NCBI GenBank assembly: GCA_964106915.2
Contig: OZ066931.1
Source: Podarcis gaigeae
Lineage: Eukaryota
DNA length: 64,000 bases
Direction: 5' to 3' (one strand)
Part shown: piece by piece, positions 37,285 through 49,500 of the stretch
How positions within the stretch are numbered: the stretch's first letter is position 1
Layout of the letters: each line of letters opens with the position of its first letter
The notes under the pieces: generated by a model
Told to the model about the DNA's origin: nothing
The model's database searches: none
The model's input: the letters and a program-made list of their open reading frames with translations, nothing else
Translations under genes and position numbers: made by a program

Positions 37285-40200
37285 ATCTAAACAATTCATA
37301 TATTCGATAAAATTTGCCATGTATTCAGTGTTCAGATCCTCCCCTTTCTTCCAGGATCTGGGCAATCTGCATCCGTGCAGGTGTTAACAGAAATGCTGGA
37401 AGCTCATTATTGGGCTAACCTTGAGTGCTCAAGAGTCTTATTTCCTAGCAGCATCACTGCAGGAGACAATTTAACCACCATGTTACATACTAAGTTATTT
37501 TTTGTAAATACATTGCTCCAGAAAGTTTTAATGTTATCACTTATATCCACACATGGATATAAGTACCTTTAACAGCACATTTCCCTCAACAATTGGGGCC
37601 AACTTCTTTAGCTATCTAGGATAACCTTACTGGTGCATAATGCCACCTGTGCAATAACTTTAACGCAGACTCCCGGATTATGACAGAAACTGATTTCACT
37701 GTCAGACCACAAGGCGGCCTATTTTTCATTAGTTATATGAATTTCTAGGTCCATTGCTCAGGGCATTATTGCACTTAAAAGATTGCCATATTCAGGGGCT
37801 ATTAGGGCTCTATACATTGAAGACACTATCTCCTTAAACAATTGAAAAGTTAACAAAAATGTCTTGTAAAATTGTCAGATTCTTGCATGCCTGGGCAGAG
37901 ATATCTGGTTTTAAAAGGAATCCTAACAGCTGATTAAGGTGATATCACAATCATTTGAGATTTGGTAGATTGACAAGGAAAAGTTCCCTCCATGTGGGAA
38001 TACCATTTACATTAAGATATTTCAGCTGTTCTGTTCCCAACTGCTCCAATCCAGCCATGCCCCCTGCCTCCTGAAAAGACAGGTGGAATCGGTGGGGTGG
38101 GGTGTGAGAGGAGAGACCAGCAGGACTAGCTTTAAAAACTTCTGATTTCCATATGGTCACTGTATCACATAGGAAGGGGTTTGTGTTTCAGCAAGCACAG
38201 TTAGTAAGAAAAGACCTGCTCTATAGATTTTTTCTGAAAGTTCTGTTTTCACACATGGTTTCCCCTTCAGCTGGTGGATTAGCGCCATCAAGTTTTTAAA
38301 TTGAAAAAGCATTCTACTAGGTTCAGAGATGTGGGATTCAGAATCTGCCCCCACAAACACTCCCATATACAGTTCCAGCTCCCAGCCGTGCCCTCTTCCC
38401 CTCATGTATAAACTTGTCTGTTGTGTGTTGCCATATTTTGAATTGCTGAGGCATAATTACAATTGGCAACACTGGGAGAGAAATAAAAAGCTCAGTTGGT
38501 TCTCTTCTTTGGTAACACCCCTGAATCATTTCCCTCCTCTGTTCCACCAATCTGTGTGGGAATAATAAATACTACACTGACCTATGCAAGATTGCTGTAA
38601 GGATTTCTGAGATAATGCACGTGAAAACTCAATACAGTAAATGTATGCCTTTTTTCTGTCATGATGGAGCACAGACATTTTGATTTCATTAAAAAAAATG
38701 TTTCTGGTTGCTTGGTGTTAATTTTTAATTTTTTTCTTTCTGTGGTTGCTCTGTTTAGTTGCTTCACGTCAGCTAGTCTTTAGGATTCAAGACATAAACC
38801 TATACATGCTTACTCAGAAGTGTCTTACTATGTTCAGTTGGGCTTACTCACAGGTGAGTGTGCATAGGTTTGAAGACTTAGCTGCCATCCCAGGTTATCT
38901 GTAAAATTCATATCCAGACTGGATATTGAATGCTTCTTCTCTCTGGCAACATGAACACATGTTGATGTGTGCACACTGCAAGTCCCCATGCAATACAGAG
39001 GTGGCCTTTTTGCATACTAAGGGAAGAAAGCTTGTTTTGAACTGTATATTGTAAGGCAATAATGTTTCTCCCAACCATATCTATTTTAAACTTTATTTCA
39101 TTCCATTTATCTGTTGGAGATAAATGGGTTGTACCTAATCCCTTTCCTCACACGTTTTTCCCTCACAACAAACCTGTAAGGTAGGTTTGGCTGAGAGGTT
39201 GTAATTGGCTCAAGGTGACCATGTAAGCTTTATGGGGAAGCCAATATCTGAGTGTGTTACTATGTAGGGGACAACACAGCGCTCACACAACGATCCTTGG
39301 TATCAGAGCTGGAATGCTAAAAACAGGTAACCTTGTGCTCCATTGCATGAGGGCTACAAAGTGGTGTGTATTGGAGTTGTATTTAGAAGTCAGACTTTGC
39401 ACTTTTTCCAGATAAAGCATAATTTTGCCCACACCATCACCTCCATCTCACTAAACCGGTGGCAAAGTGGGGTGCCAATCTGTGGCTCATCTCAGGTACC
39501 AAAATGTCTTGTTCTAGCCCTGACAGCTGGTGCACGCACTGTACAAAGAGGTGAGTTTTCTTTGGGCAGTAAATAACAGCAGAATGCGGTCAGGTCATTC
39601 TCAACACTTACTCAACATTAGATGGACTGTGAGCAGATGTTTCAGCAAGTCATGCACACGGTCAGGGTTCAATTGGGAGAGCACTTCACATCCCCAAACA
39701 ACAAGTTTTAGAGGCTTTTCTCGAAATGCCCGCCTTTGGCGTCTCCTGTCTCCATGGCTCAGGTGATTTTCAAGGCATTATGAATACTACAGGCATTGTA
39801 CACATTCAAAATGAAAAGCATATGCTTGCTTTTTGTATACTAGAACCTCTGTAGGGCAGCTTGAATATTCAGTGTATCTGATGTTGCATTTTGAATCTGA
39901 CAAGGACCAAGGTAACTGAACAACTTCCAGATATGTAAAGTTATTACTTGGCTAGTTATATTGCATGCCCATCCATCCAGGGTCTATTTTTATTCTTATC
40001 TAACTTTATGAAGTTGTATCACAGTTGATTGTTAACCATTCAGGCATGTTGTAGTAGTGAAAGTAATAGTGTCGTTGGCATATAGTAAACAAAGGGATTT
40101 CTGCTACCAGCTAATCTCAAACATATGGTTTGGGGAAAGACATATGGTGTTCTTCAGATAAAGAACACATCCTTGTCTTACCCTTGCCTTTATTAGAATG

Positions 40201-40418
40201 GAGTTGGTAAGATTTACCTTGGGATTACATGTAATATCTGTTTTTGGGTTTTTTGTTTTTGTTTTTTAAAAAGCTGTCCCTAGAGTTAATCTCTTTTGAA
40301 TCAAAAACAGACTTAAGATATACAGTTGAGAGAATATAGTTTTCCTGTTTGATGTTAGAAAATACAGGCTGAAAAATATTTCAGCCCTCTGCTTCCTGGC
40401 ACAGAAACATGAATCTTA

Positions 40419-40596
40419 CCATATTGGCCCAAATATAAGCCGCTCCCTTAAAATTCTGCGGGCACTCACACCCATTCTGTTTTACCATATGTCTGTTTCA
40501 GCAGCGGTATCATAAAACCCAATTTTTGTAGGGTCACAAAACTTTTCATGGTCAAAATTTGGAAAAAAAGTGAGGCTTATATTCAGACCAATACAG
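40419..40596. mobile_element. short TIR MITE (pogo/Tc2-like)
   Basis: C(C/T)(A/G)TATTGG(C/T)C(C/T)(A/G)AATATAAGC inverted termini. Confidence 0.6.
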
Positions 40597-41249
40597 TTGT
40601 AGTTTTTATATAGAATTCCCTGATAACCACTGCCATGTCATGGATCACACCCTTGTCCACCCAGTGCTTTTTGGAGCCCTGCCTTTCCTGTATCTATTTG
40701 TTCTATGCAATACTAGGAGGCCATGGAGCTGAGATTCTTGCGCAATGGGGTTGGACCTTTGAGTTGAGGGTAGTGAAGGTTTTTGGAAACACCATCGGAA
40801 AATCTAGAGGACGTTTATTTCTTATCGTTGCCTTTGGTCCATCCTGGCAGGGAAGTGATGTGGTCTGTAACTGTGTACTGGGCAGTTTGCAGCTGTGATT
40901 CTTGTAAAAGTTATGTTTTAATGTGCATAAAAAGCTATGTTTGTGTGCCTCGTGTATGAAACTTAATAGCTTACATTTGCAGAGAACTGTAGCAAGCGCA
41001 AAAGGCGCATGCACAAAGCTGTGAAAAAAGGGTGGAGTCTTTTTTTCAATATTATGTAAACTGAAGGAGTTCGGATCTCTCTCTGAGGCTGCCAGCATAT
41101 TGAAGCAGCAAGTTGCTTATCTGAATCTCTCTCTGAGGCCAGAGAGAATAAGTAAGAACCCTAAATAAAACTGGGCTGCACTGCTGGGTGCTTAACAGCA
41201 GCGTATTGATTTGTATTTGCAACTTTTTTTGGTGACAAGCTTCAAGATA

Positions 41250-42170
41250 GTTTGCAGGAAGCCCTCGAACTCCTTCCTTGTCGTGGAGTCAGTGAGGCCG
41301 ACTCGGCACAAGCTCCAGAGCAGGGGATCCCACCAAACCCCGAGGGGCACCCGCAGAACCCCCGCTCTCCGTGGCGGCGCCGGGAAGCCTCGGACCCGTG
41401 ACTTGGGCAGGGCAGCCCGAAGGCTTGCAAAGTACGACTACTGTATTCAAGTGCAGCCTTCTTTTGGATCCAGCCAGCCCCGACTGGGGCAGAGCGGGGC
41501 TGGCTCGCCCTTGAGAAGCATGCACACGACCGGGCGACACCTCTTTCTCCCCACCTCCCGCCGAGAGTCTCTCCGCCGGGAAGCGGCCCTGGCAGTCCTC
41601 CTCCCGAGGGACAGGCGCGTCCAGGCCGGGCTCGCCTTCGCTCCGAGCAGGCCGAGGCAGGCAGGGCTAGTCTCGGCGGCGGGCGGGCGGGGCGCTGCCG
41701 CCGCTGTCCTGGGCACAGGAAGCGGAAAGCGCCGCTGCCGCCGCCGAGTCGGAGCCTGGAGCTGAGCCGGAGCAGGAGGCGGGCGGGGAGGCTGGCGCGT
41801 TGCGCGCTCCGTCCACCGGGAGCTGCAGGATGGCACGGCGGCGGCGGGCGAGAGGTCAGTCGCCTTCTTCCTTCTCCTCCTCCTTCGCCCCGGGCAGGCG
41901 CGACCCTCCTCGCAGAGCCCCGGAGACGCGGGGCTTCTTCGCCCTCTGCGCGCCCGGGAGACCCTCTTCGCTCTGCCTCTCCGGTGGCGCAGCTGGGCGA
42001 GAAGGGAGCGCGGCAGCCCAGCCCGACTCTGCTTTCGGGCACCGGGAGGGCAAGTGCCGCTCTGTGCGCCAGCCTCTCCCTTTCGCCGGAGGAGCAGGCC
42101 TGACTGCCGCTTCCCAGGAGCCCGGGGCTGGGGGGGGGGGGGGGCTGCTCCAAACCGGGAACCGCAGCTT
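41250..42170. promoter_or_regulatory. VANGL1: CpG island / VANGL1 promoter
   Basis: abruptly GC- and CpG-rich; GGGCGG GC-boxes near 41680-41692 and 41780-41790; ~4.5 kb upstream of the first VANGL1 coding exon. Confidence 0.85.
41700..41854 (+). other. VANGL1: probable first (5'UTR) exon of VANGL1; start approximate
   Basis: inside CpG island; donor GAG|GTCAGT at 41855. Confidence 0.55.
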
Positions 42171-45100
42171 CTGAATTTGTGTTACTTGAGCTCTGGGCTA
42201 GAACAAGTTGTCATCCGCTTTGCAGAGGAACCCACTGGGCTACTTTGTCTGCTAGCTTGGACATTGCATCTGGGCATGGCTTGCTTTTACCTCCTGCTAC
42301 AGACTGGTGCCAACTCTGGGGGTGCAGGCAGCATGAGCTGAGGCACCCTGCTTAATGAGTGGAGATGTACCCGGATCCGCAGGGATCTGCAGGGAGAAGG
42401 GCAGCGATGAGTTGGGGCACTGGTTGGGGCACTGTTGCTTGAAGTTGCCTTGGGCACCTCGTGGCAATGGACCCCCAGCCCCAGGGGCCTTTTGCAAGGC
42501 CAGCAGGAAGCAGGCAGGGCTGAGCGTCGCCGCTGCCTTCAAGCTGCAGTGTGCAACACCCACCCACCCTGGTCCACCCTTCCTGGGACAGTTGGGACCC
42601 TCTCCTGGAAAGTGAGAGCACCCATCTGCTGTTTCTGCTTTCAAGCTGGAAGGGTGGCAGGGGTGGGCAGGCAACAGTTTGGTGGGCATAGCCAAGGCTA
42701 TTCAGCTGCCTTTGCCATGCAGCTGCCAAACGACTTTGGAAGCTGGGAAGGACAGGGAGCGTGACTAACTGGATGCTGCTGGCATGGGAGGTCTTGACCC
42801 TTGGCGCCACCTTAGCCAGGTTGCTGGCAACCACTTCCTACCCTTGGAGCGTCGGACGGGAAGATTCCTCCCCACTTTCAGCAGGGACAACTGTGTAGTT
42901 GCCGAGATGATCTCCACCCAGCTCTGCCACCGCAAGTTGCCATAGTGAGCCTGGCGAGGGGAATTGTTGAAGGCTGGTTCCTCCCACATTCCTTCCTTTA
43001 CAGGCACAGTTACTGCAAAGTGAATGGTGTTTTAGGGAGTCATTGACCAAAAGAGCCTAATTCCAGGCAAAAGTCTTGAGCAACACCCTATCCTGGAGGT
43101 TGCTTGGAAACTTGGACAGACGTCTAGTGCTGGTTATGATTTGGGATTGCAAGATTTCTTGCAGTACTTTCTAAAGCCCTTGTTTGATTGTATGAGTGAG
43201 TTCCATGTAGGAAATGCAAAAATATCAGCATGAAAAGACAATGTAAGAAATCAATCCACTGCACAAATACTTAGCTACACTGTGGGTTCTGGGTTATACA
43301 CCAGTGTGTCTCAGAATCTGCTTAGATATTATGCATAGAATTAGGTTGCATGCAACCAGTGATTCAACAGGTCTTTCCTACAGTAGAGAAAATATTCCCT
43401 TGATGAATGGAAAGTGTGTTGCCCCATAAAACTGTGGTGTTAAGTAAAAAAAAAAGCCTGTTTGATGCAAGTTCGAAAATACTGCATCTATAAGGTAGCC
43501 CTGTGTGCCAATTGAATAGTCTCAGTTGAGACTGTTTAGCTGGAAAAGACTGTAAAGCCTTAAGGAAGAAATCAGTTATGATCAATTTTATGAAGGGAAT
43601 ATCCTTCAAAAACCTCTGAGCTTGTGCTGTTGGGTGCCTTTAGTAATGTATTGTTGTGAGTTATGTCTGCCTAAGAAGAATATTATTACACTTTATTTTC
43701 ATTTATTTGCATAATTTATTTAGACAGTACCCTTAGTTAAAAGTAATGTCATGGTGGTTCACAAAATATGCACAGCAGTAAAATATACAGCTATAGCATC
43801 CAGGGCTTGGGAAGGAAGGTGGAAAAACCTTGCAAATGCCTAGGTGAGTTGATGTTTTGCCTCTTGCTGTAAATCTGCTGAAATAGCTGGTGCCTGATGG
43901 AACTCGGAAGGGAGATCATTCCTCAAGGTGGGTGCCATCACAGCTGCTGTCTGGACCACTTAGGTAATAAACTAAATTGGGCATCATCAAGATGAAGCTT
44001 GTCTCATTTTACCAGCTGACTACAGAAATGGTGGTAGAAGAGATACCTAGTTCCATTTCATTCAAAAGCTTATAACAGAAACAGCTCCAGAGAGGTTGAT
44101 ATGTTAGTCTGTTAAAGCAATCAGGGGAAAAATGTCTTGTGTGACTTCAAAGACCAACTGAAAATTTATTGTGCCATAAGCTTTCATGGAGAAGAGCGAT
44201 TCAGCTCTAGTGCTCAGTGTTTAATTCTTGAGGGTGCGAAGCAATTCTGCTTTTCAGCAGAGGGCAGCAGCTGCAGGATAGTCCAGCATTACACACACAC
44301 AAGTTGCAGATGGATGTTAATAATTGGTGGCAAAACACACTCGGGTTTGGTTAGGGTGCTTTTGCGTATAGAATAGAGGCTGGAACACTTTTTTTCAGAA
44401 GTTCTTTATGAAAGCACTAATATTAACAATGTTAGAATCTTAAGCAACATTAATGCATCTGATGTCCATGAAACCTTATAGTAACAGTGCAGTCCTTTAC
44501 TCAGAAATCGAATCATAGAATTGTAGATTTGGAAGGTAGGCAAAGGGTCATCCAGTCTAACCCTCTGCAATGCAGGAATCAAGATACTAGATACATTAGT
44601 TCACATACTGCTTCTTTGCTGAGTGAATTGCAGGTGACCACCCAGTGTGAGAATAAGCAGCACTTGAACGCATGGCCTTCAGAGATGCTGGCAAGCTCTT
44701 TAACCGCCAGACCACTTTGCCTCTCATAGGTTTCACTATATTCATTGACACCAAATGTCACAAGATTATTTGTTGTTCTAATAAATATTTGTAATGCTTC
44801 CCAACCAATTTAACTCCTAAACTTTATATTTTTAGATTTTTAGTTAAGCTTCCAGCTTCTCTCTCCAATGCAGACCAAGGTGATTTCAGCGCTTTCTGTC
44901 ATTGCCTACACTGAATCATATATTGGCTTAATAAACTAAGATATGAATGAGCCTTTTGCTTCTTACATGTAGCTTCTTTGCCCTCCCTCTGTGATCTGAG
45001 CTGTCAAGTCAGGAAGCGTCTCAAGAACTATAGTTCCCCATTTAATCTGAACCGGGGGACTGTGGTTACCAGCCATGAAACAAGGCAAGATATAGAACCA

Positions 45101-46506
45101 AACTTAAACCATGGTTTACAGTGCAATTATATATGATAAGCAACTTAGCTCAGTTGGTTAGAGCATGGTGCAGACATGTTCACTCAAAAGTAAGTCTCAC
45201 TAAGTTGAGTAGAGCTTACTCCCAGAATAGCGAGTCTCAGATAATAGCCTGGCTTGTTCCACATCATGCTTCAGACAAAATGGTAATTATGGCTAATTAT
45301 AGACTTCTTGTTTTGATTGTTCATGACACAAAGGGAGGACCAAAAGAGCTATTTGCATGGGCAGAAGTCTTGTTGGTTCGTATCTCAGCTTACTGAGCAG
45401 AGATGATTATCCAAACCATTGTGGTCTGGTTCACACAGAATGCTGCTTCAGAGATGGTTTAGGTTGACATCCATAGACCACAGTGAACCTTATATTAGTT
45501 TGACATTTTACTTTTAGTTCTACCAGGTGATCAATAAGAAAGGCTTTGCTGCATTGCCTTAGCAGGTCCTGAGTGATACAGCAGGGTTGTGTTTTGATTA
45601 GTGTCTCCATTCTGATAACAGACCCTTCTCTTGGTTGTGACCCTCACTCTAAATGTATCCTGACTTTATACTGTCTCAGTGATTATTTTTTTAAAAAAGT
45701 TTATCCACCTTGTATGCAATTTCTTTGCCCGCTACATGGTCATTTCATTTTTTGGTATGGGCCATTGTAAAACATCCTTCCTTCAGTCGTCTCTCCCCCC
45801 CCCCCCGCCCTTCAGTCATCTTTTGAACACATTAAACAAAACCAAAAGCTTTTGAAAATCGCAATGATTACTTCCTAAATTCAGATGCTGCCCTTCCAGT
45901 GTGCAAGGTAAAAATCACCAATCCAAGATTAAGAAAATGCACAAGAGAAACCTCAAATTGAACAACAGCATGTTGCATGGTATAGTGCTGTACTATCAGA
46001 GTACAGCAGATCTAGGTGTGACTTCATCCTCTTTATTCATATGTTCAGATAGTTAAGGGCCAAATTGCATGGAAACTTCAGCAGATGTAACAATCGTCCT
46101 CTCATCATGAGAAAAAATTCTGAGAAATTCTACCTGGACGGCATTTTCCAGCCTGTTTCCCGGCTCTGTCTGGGAAAATCCAGACGTATGCCAGCCCTAT
46201 TTTCAACACACAACTATTAACGGCCCCCAGGTTCAGAGTGTGTGAATATTAAGCCCCAAAGCAGGAAAGGCACCACTGCAGGAGAACCTAGTATTTGTTT
46301 GTGTTTAATAGTCCATCTCATTATTAATATTTACTTTCCTAGGTTTATGCTGAAGATGCTTCCCTAGAATTAAAGACTGAAATTACTGTTCTCTCAAAAT
46401 TTTGGGCGGATTATCGGAAATCGGAGTCAAGCACCAAAACGCTTTCTTCGGACTTAGTGGCCTGCTTGGGTGCCTTTGTCTTCTGTTCCCCGGCTTCTCT
46501 TCCACC

Positions 46507-46577
46507 ATGGATACTGAGTCAACCTACTCTGGATATTCCCACTATTCAGGTCACTCCAAAAAGGCCCAGAGACAAGG
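46507..46577 (+). CDS. VANGL1: VANGL1 exon 2 coding part (exon begins at 46343 after cctag)
   Basis: Kozak ccaccATGG; [24 protein letters not shown]; |gtatga. Confidence 0.95.
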
Positions 46578-49500
46578 GTATGAATACTTTTATCGCAGAT
46601 CTGGTCTAGAATCTGCCTTCTTCCTTCAGTTGTGTAATGAAACTTTTGTACTGCTTGACACTTGTTTGTCTTGGTGAATGCTCCAGCACAAATCCACAAA
46701 AAGAGAGAGCGGTCTATGGGAGAGCCCTGAATGCTTTCTTTGTTTATTGTGTCTCTGGTTCCACACAGGACTGGAATGGGGATAGCTTTGGCCCTTCAGA
46801 TGTTCTTGGGAGTCCCGCACCTGTCAGTACCAGCCAGCATGGCCAATGGTCCGGGTAATGAGAATTATAGTCCAGCAAAATCTGAAGGGCCACAGGTTCC
46901 CCACCCGTGATATAGTTGCCTTTTCATTATAATGCTTTTGACCCACATAGTCAGGATACCTCATTCCCTTTGCCATCTTCCACCATAGTGCCACTTTCTG
47001 CAATACCTATGGCCCCAGCTACACAATTCCCAGAGTTCCCTGGGAAGAGGGATGGACTGTTAATGGAATCAGGTATCCCCTTAAGGTTGTGGCCCTGCAT
47101 TTGCTGTAGCAGCAGAACCACTGCAAAACATTGTCCCCTGCTCCCAACTCAGATCCTCAGACAAATACCATGGTGAGGGGGATTCAAAGGCACCAAGACA
47201 TCAAGGCGAACCAACAGAGGCGTATTGCCCCTCTCCTTTTCCCAACATAGGTCATTATGCAAGTGACCAAGGCTGTCTCATTGCCAAAAGTAGGCCTGAA
47301 TCTCACTTGTAACAGAGCTAGAAAAGTTTCCTCCTCCAAGGGTGCCTGGAGTTGTCTTATAAATATTCCCTTTTTTAAATTATATTTTATTCCATTTCAC
47401 CATTTTAATCAATTTTGTATTTTCCCTTATTTTTGTCGACTTCCTACCCCATTTTCCAAGGAGGAGTTGTTTCTACCCTTCTGCTTCATCCTGTATTCTA
47501 TAATCAGATCATAACCACAATATTATAATCTAATTACTTCTGCTGCTCATAGCTCAAATCCTGCTCACGAGTTCACCATGCTGTAATCTTTGTTTAAATA
47601 GTCCAAAAAGGCATCCGTTTTTCCATAAGGCCTATAAATCTTCCTGTTTGCTGCAGAAGTTTGAAGTAGCCCAGTAGTTCCCAGTTAGGGGTCCGAGGAC
47701 CCTGGGGGTCTGTGGAATGCACCCAGGGGGGTCTGCGGCCCCATCCCTTGCCTCCCCCCAACTGATTTTTTTGTCATTTTTTGCATGGTAATATCAAATT
47801 TTTATGTTTGTTTTAGCACTGTTTATGTCTGTTTTGGCACTGTTTGATTTTTCAATATATTGGCCAAAATCGGTTTTGAAATCGCACTGCGATAACAATT
47901 TTGACCTGGCAATACGCAGCAATATATCACTTCTCACGCAAGGGAGAGCAGGCCAGCTGATTTCAAGGCACTGCCGATGTCACACAATGTTCTCAGCACG
48001 CTGCTGATCTGAGCTGCCTTCCCTCACGCTGACGGAGAACAGGGCAGCTGATCGCCTTCACTTCAAGGCCCCGTGGCACTTCCTTCCCCTGGCACTGAGG
48101 CGGAGCAGCTTTCCTTCGTCAGCCCCTAATGAGGAAACAGATTAGGGATGAGTGACATCTGGTTTTCAACATCGTGCTATATCAGCAGCTAAACATCGTG
48201 ATATTCTGCTACATCGCTGGACATATATACAGTGGATGCTCGGGTTGTGAATGGGATTTAGGCGAGATGCACGTTCGCAACCCGCAGCGTCCGCAACCTC
48301 AGCGGCGCATCTGTGCATGCGCGGGTTGCAATTTGGCGCTTCTGCACATGCACAAAGTGTGATTTAGCGTTTTTGCGCATGTGCGACCACCAAAACCCAG
48401 AAGTAACCCATTCCGGTACTTCCGGTACTGCCAAGGTAACTACCATAGAGTTATCAAAATTTTCAAAAAGTTTGGGGGGGGAGTGTCCGTGGCTTGGCTT
48501 TTGAAAAATCGGGGGTCCCCAGTAATTAGCTAATTGGGAACCACAGACGTAGCATAATTCCCTGCCCCAGATTTTCTATAAAACGTATTTCCAAAGGGGC
48601 TTGCTGTAACTGGTGCTTGTTGGTTTGAGTGATTCCTTTCAAAGTCCATTTGAAGTTTGCAGAGGAAGAAACCGCTCTGTTTTCAGCAAGTGGTTTGAAT
48701 TCAATCGGATTCCTGTAAAACTGGCTTCAGCTGCCCATCGGCTGATCTGTGCTTAGAACATGCCCCTTTGGAGACAGGCTTCCAGCCCCAGTGGGGGTCC
48801 CTGTAAGGAACATTCCGGATAGCCCCTTCGTAGACGCCTCTGTTCCTTCCCCACAGCTGACGTCACATAGAACGTTAGGAGTGCGGCAACTGGACATGGT
48901 GTGGCCTTGCAGGCCAAACTGGGACTTGTGCCAGGTTTAATTAAGCTTGTCCAGTCCACACTACATTTAACAATTTGCGGGGGTGGGAAATCCCAGAAGT
49001 GTCATTCTTTCAAGTGGTGTCTGTTATCAATACATATCAAAATCACTATGTATTATAAAACAACTATTTAAACAAATTTTCAGTCACATGTCCAACTTAC
49101 CACATAAAAACAAGATTCCAAAGAATCTCTTGGACTTCACTCCTCCCCTTTGTGGGTCCTCTTGTTAATCATTTCCTCCTGCATCTTTTATGATAATCCA
49201 ACTTCTTTTACCTCTCCATTATGTCTAAAATTCACCATTAAACTACAAGTGGTATTCCAATCCTACTAATGATTTTAAATGTTTACAATGGTTTTTAAGA
49301 TAAGTTACAAATTTCCCCCATTCCTTATTAAATTTTTGGTCTTCCTGATTTCTGAGTCTTCTGGTCATTTTGGTGTAATCCATCAGCTTGATCTGCCATT
49401 CTTCTCTGCTAGGAGCTTTATCTTCTTTCCATCTCTAAACAAGCTTTTTTTCAACTCCTAACTCTCTCTGATCCACCTGGTCTCTCTCTATACTTTTTGT

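Noticed and set aside
41211-42341. Long overlapping ORFs (up to 303 aa) on both strands
   Set aside because: Expected by-product of stop-poor CpG-island sequence; Pro/Arg/Gly/Ala-rich with no recognisable domain
45146-45171. tRNA-like TAGCTCAGTTGGTTAGAGCATGGTGC
   Set aside because: Only a D-arm/A-box; no T-arm or acceptor stem; truncated SINE head
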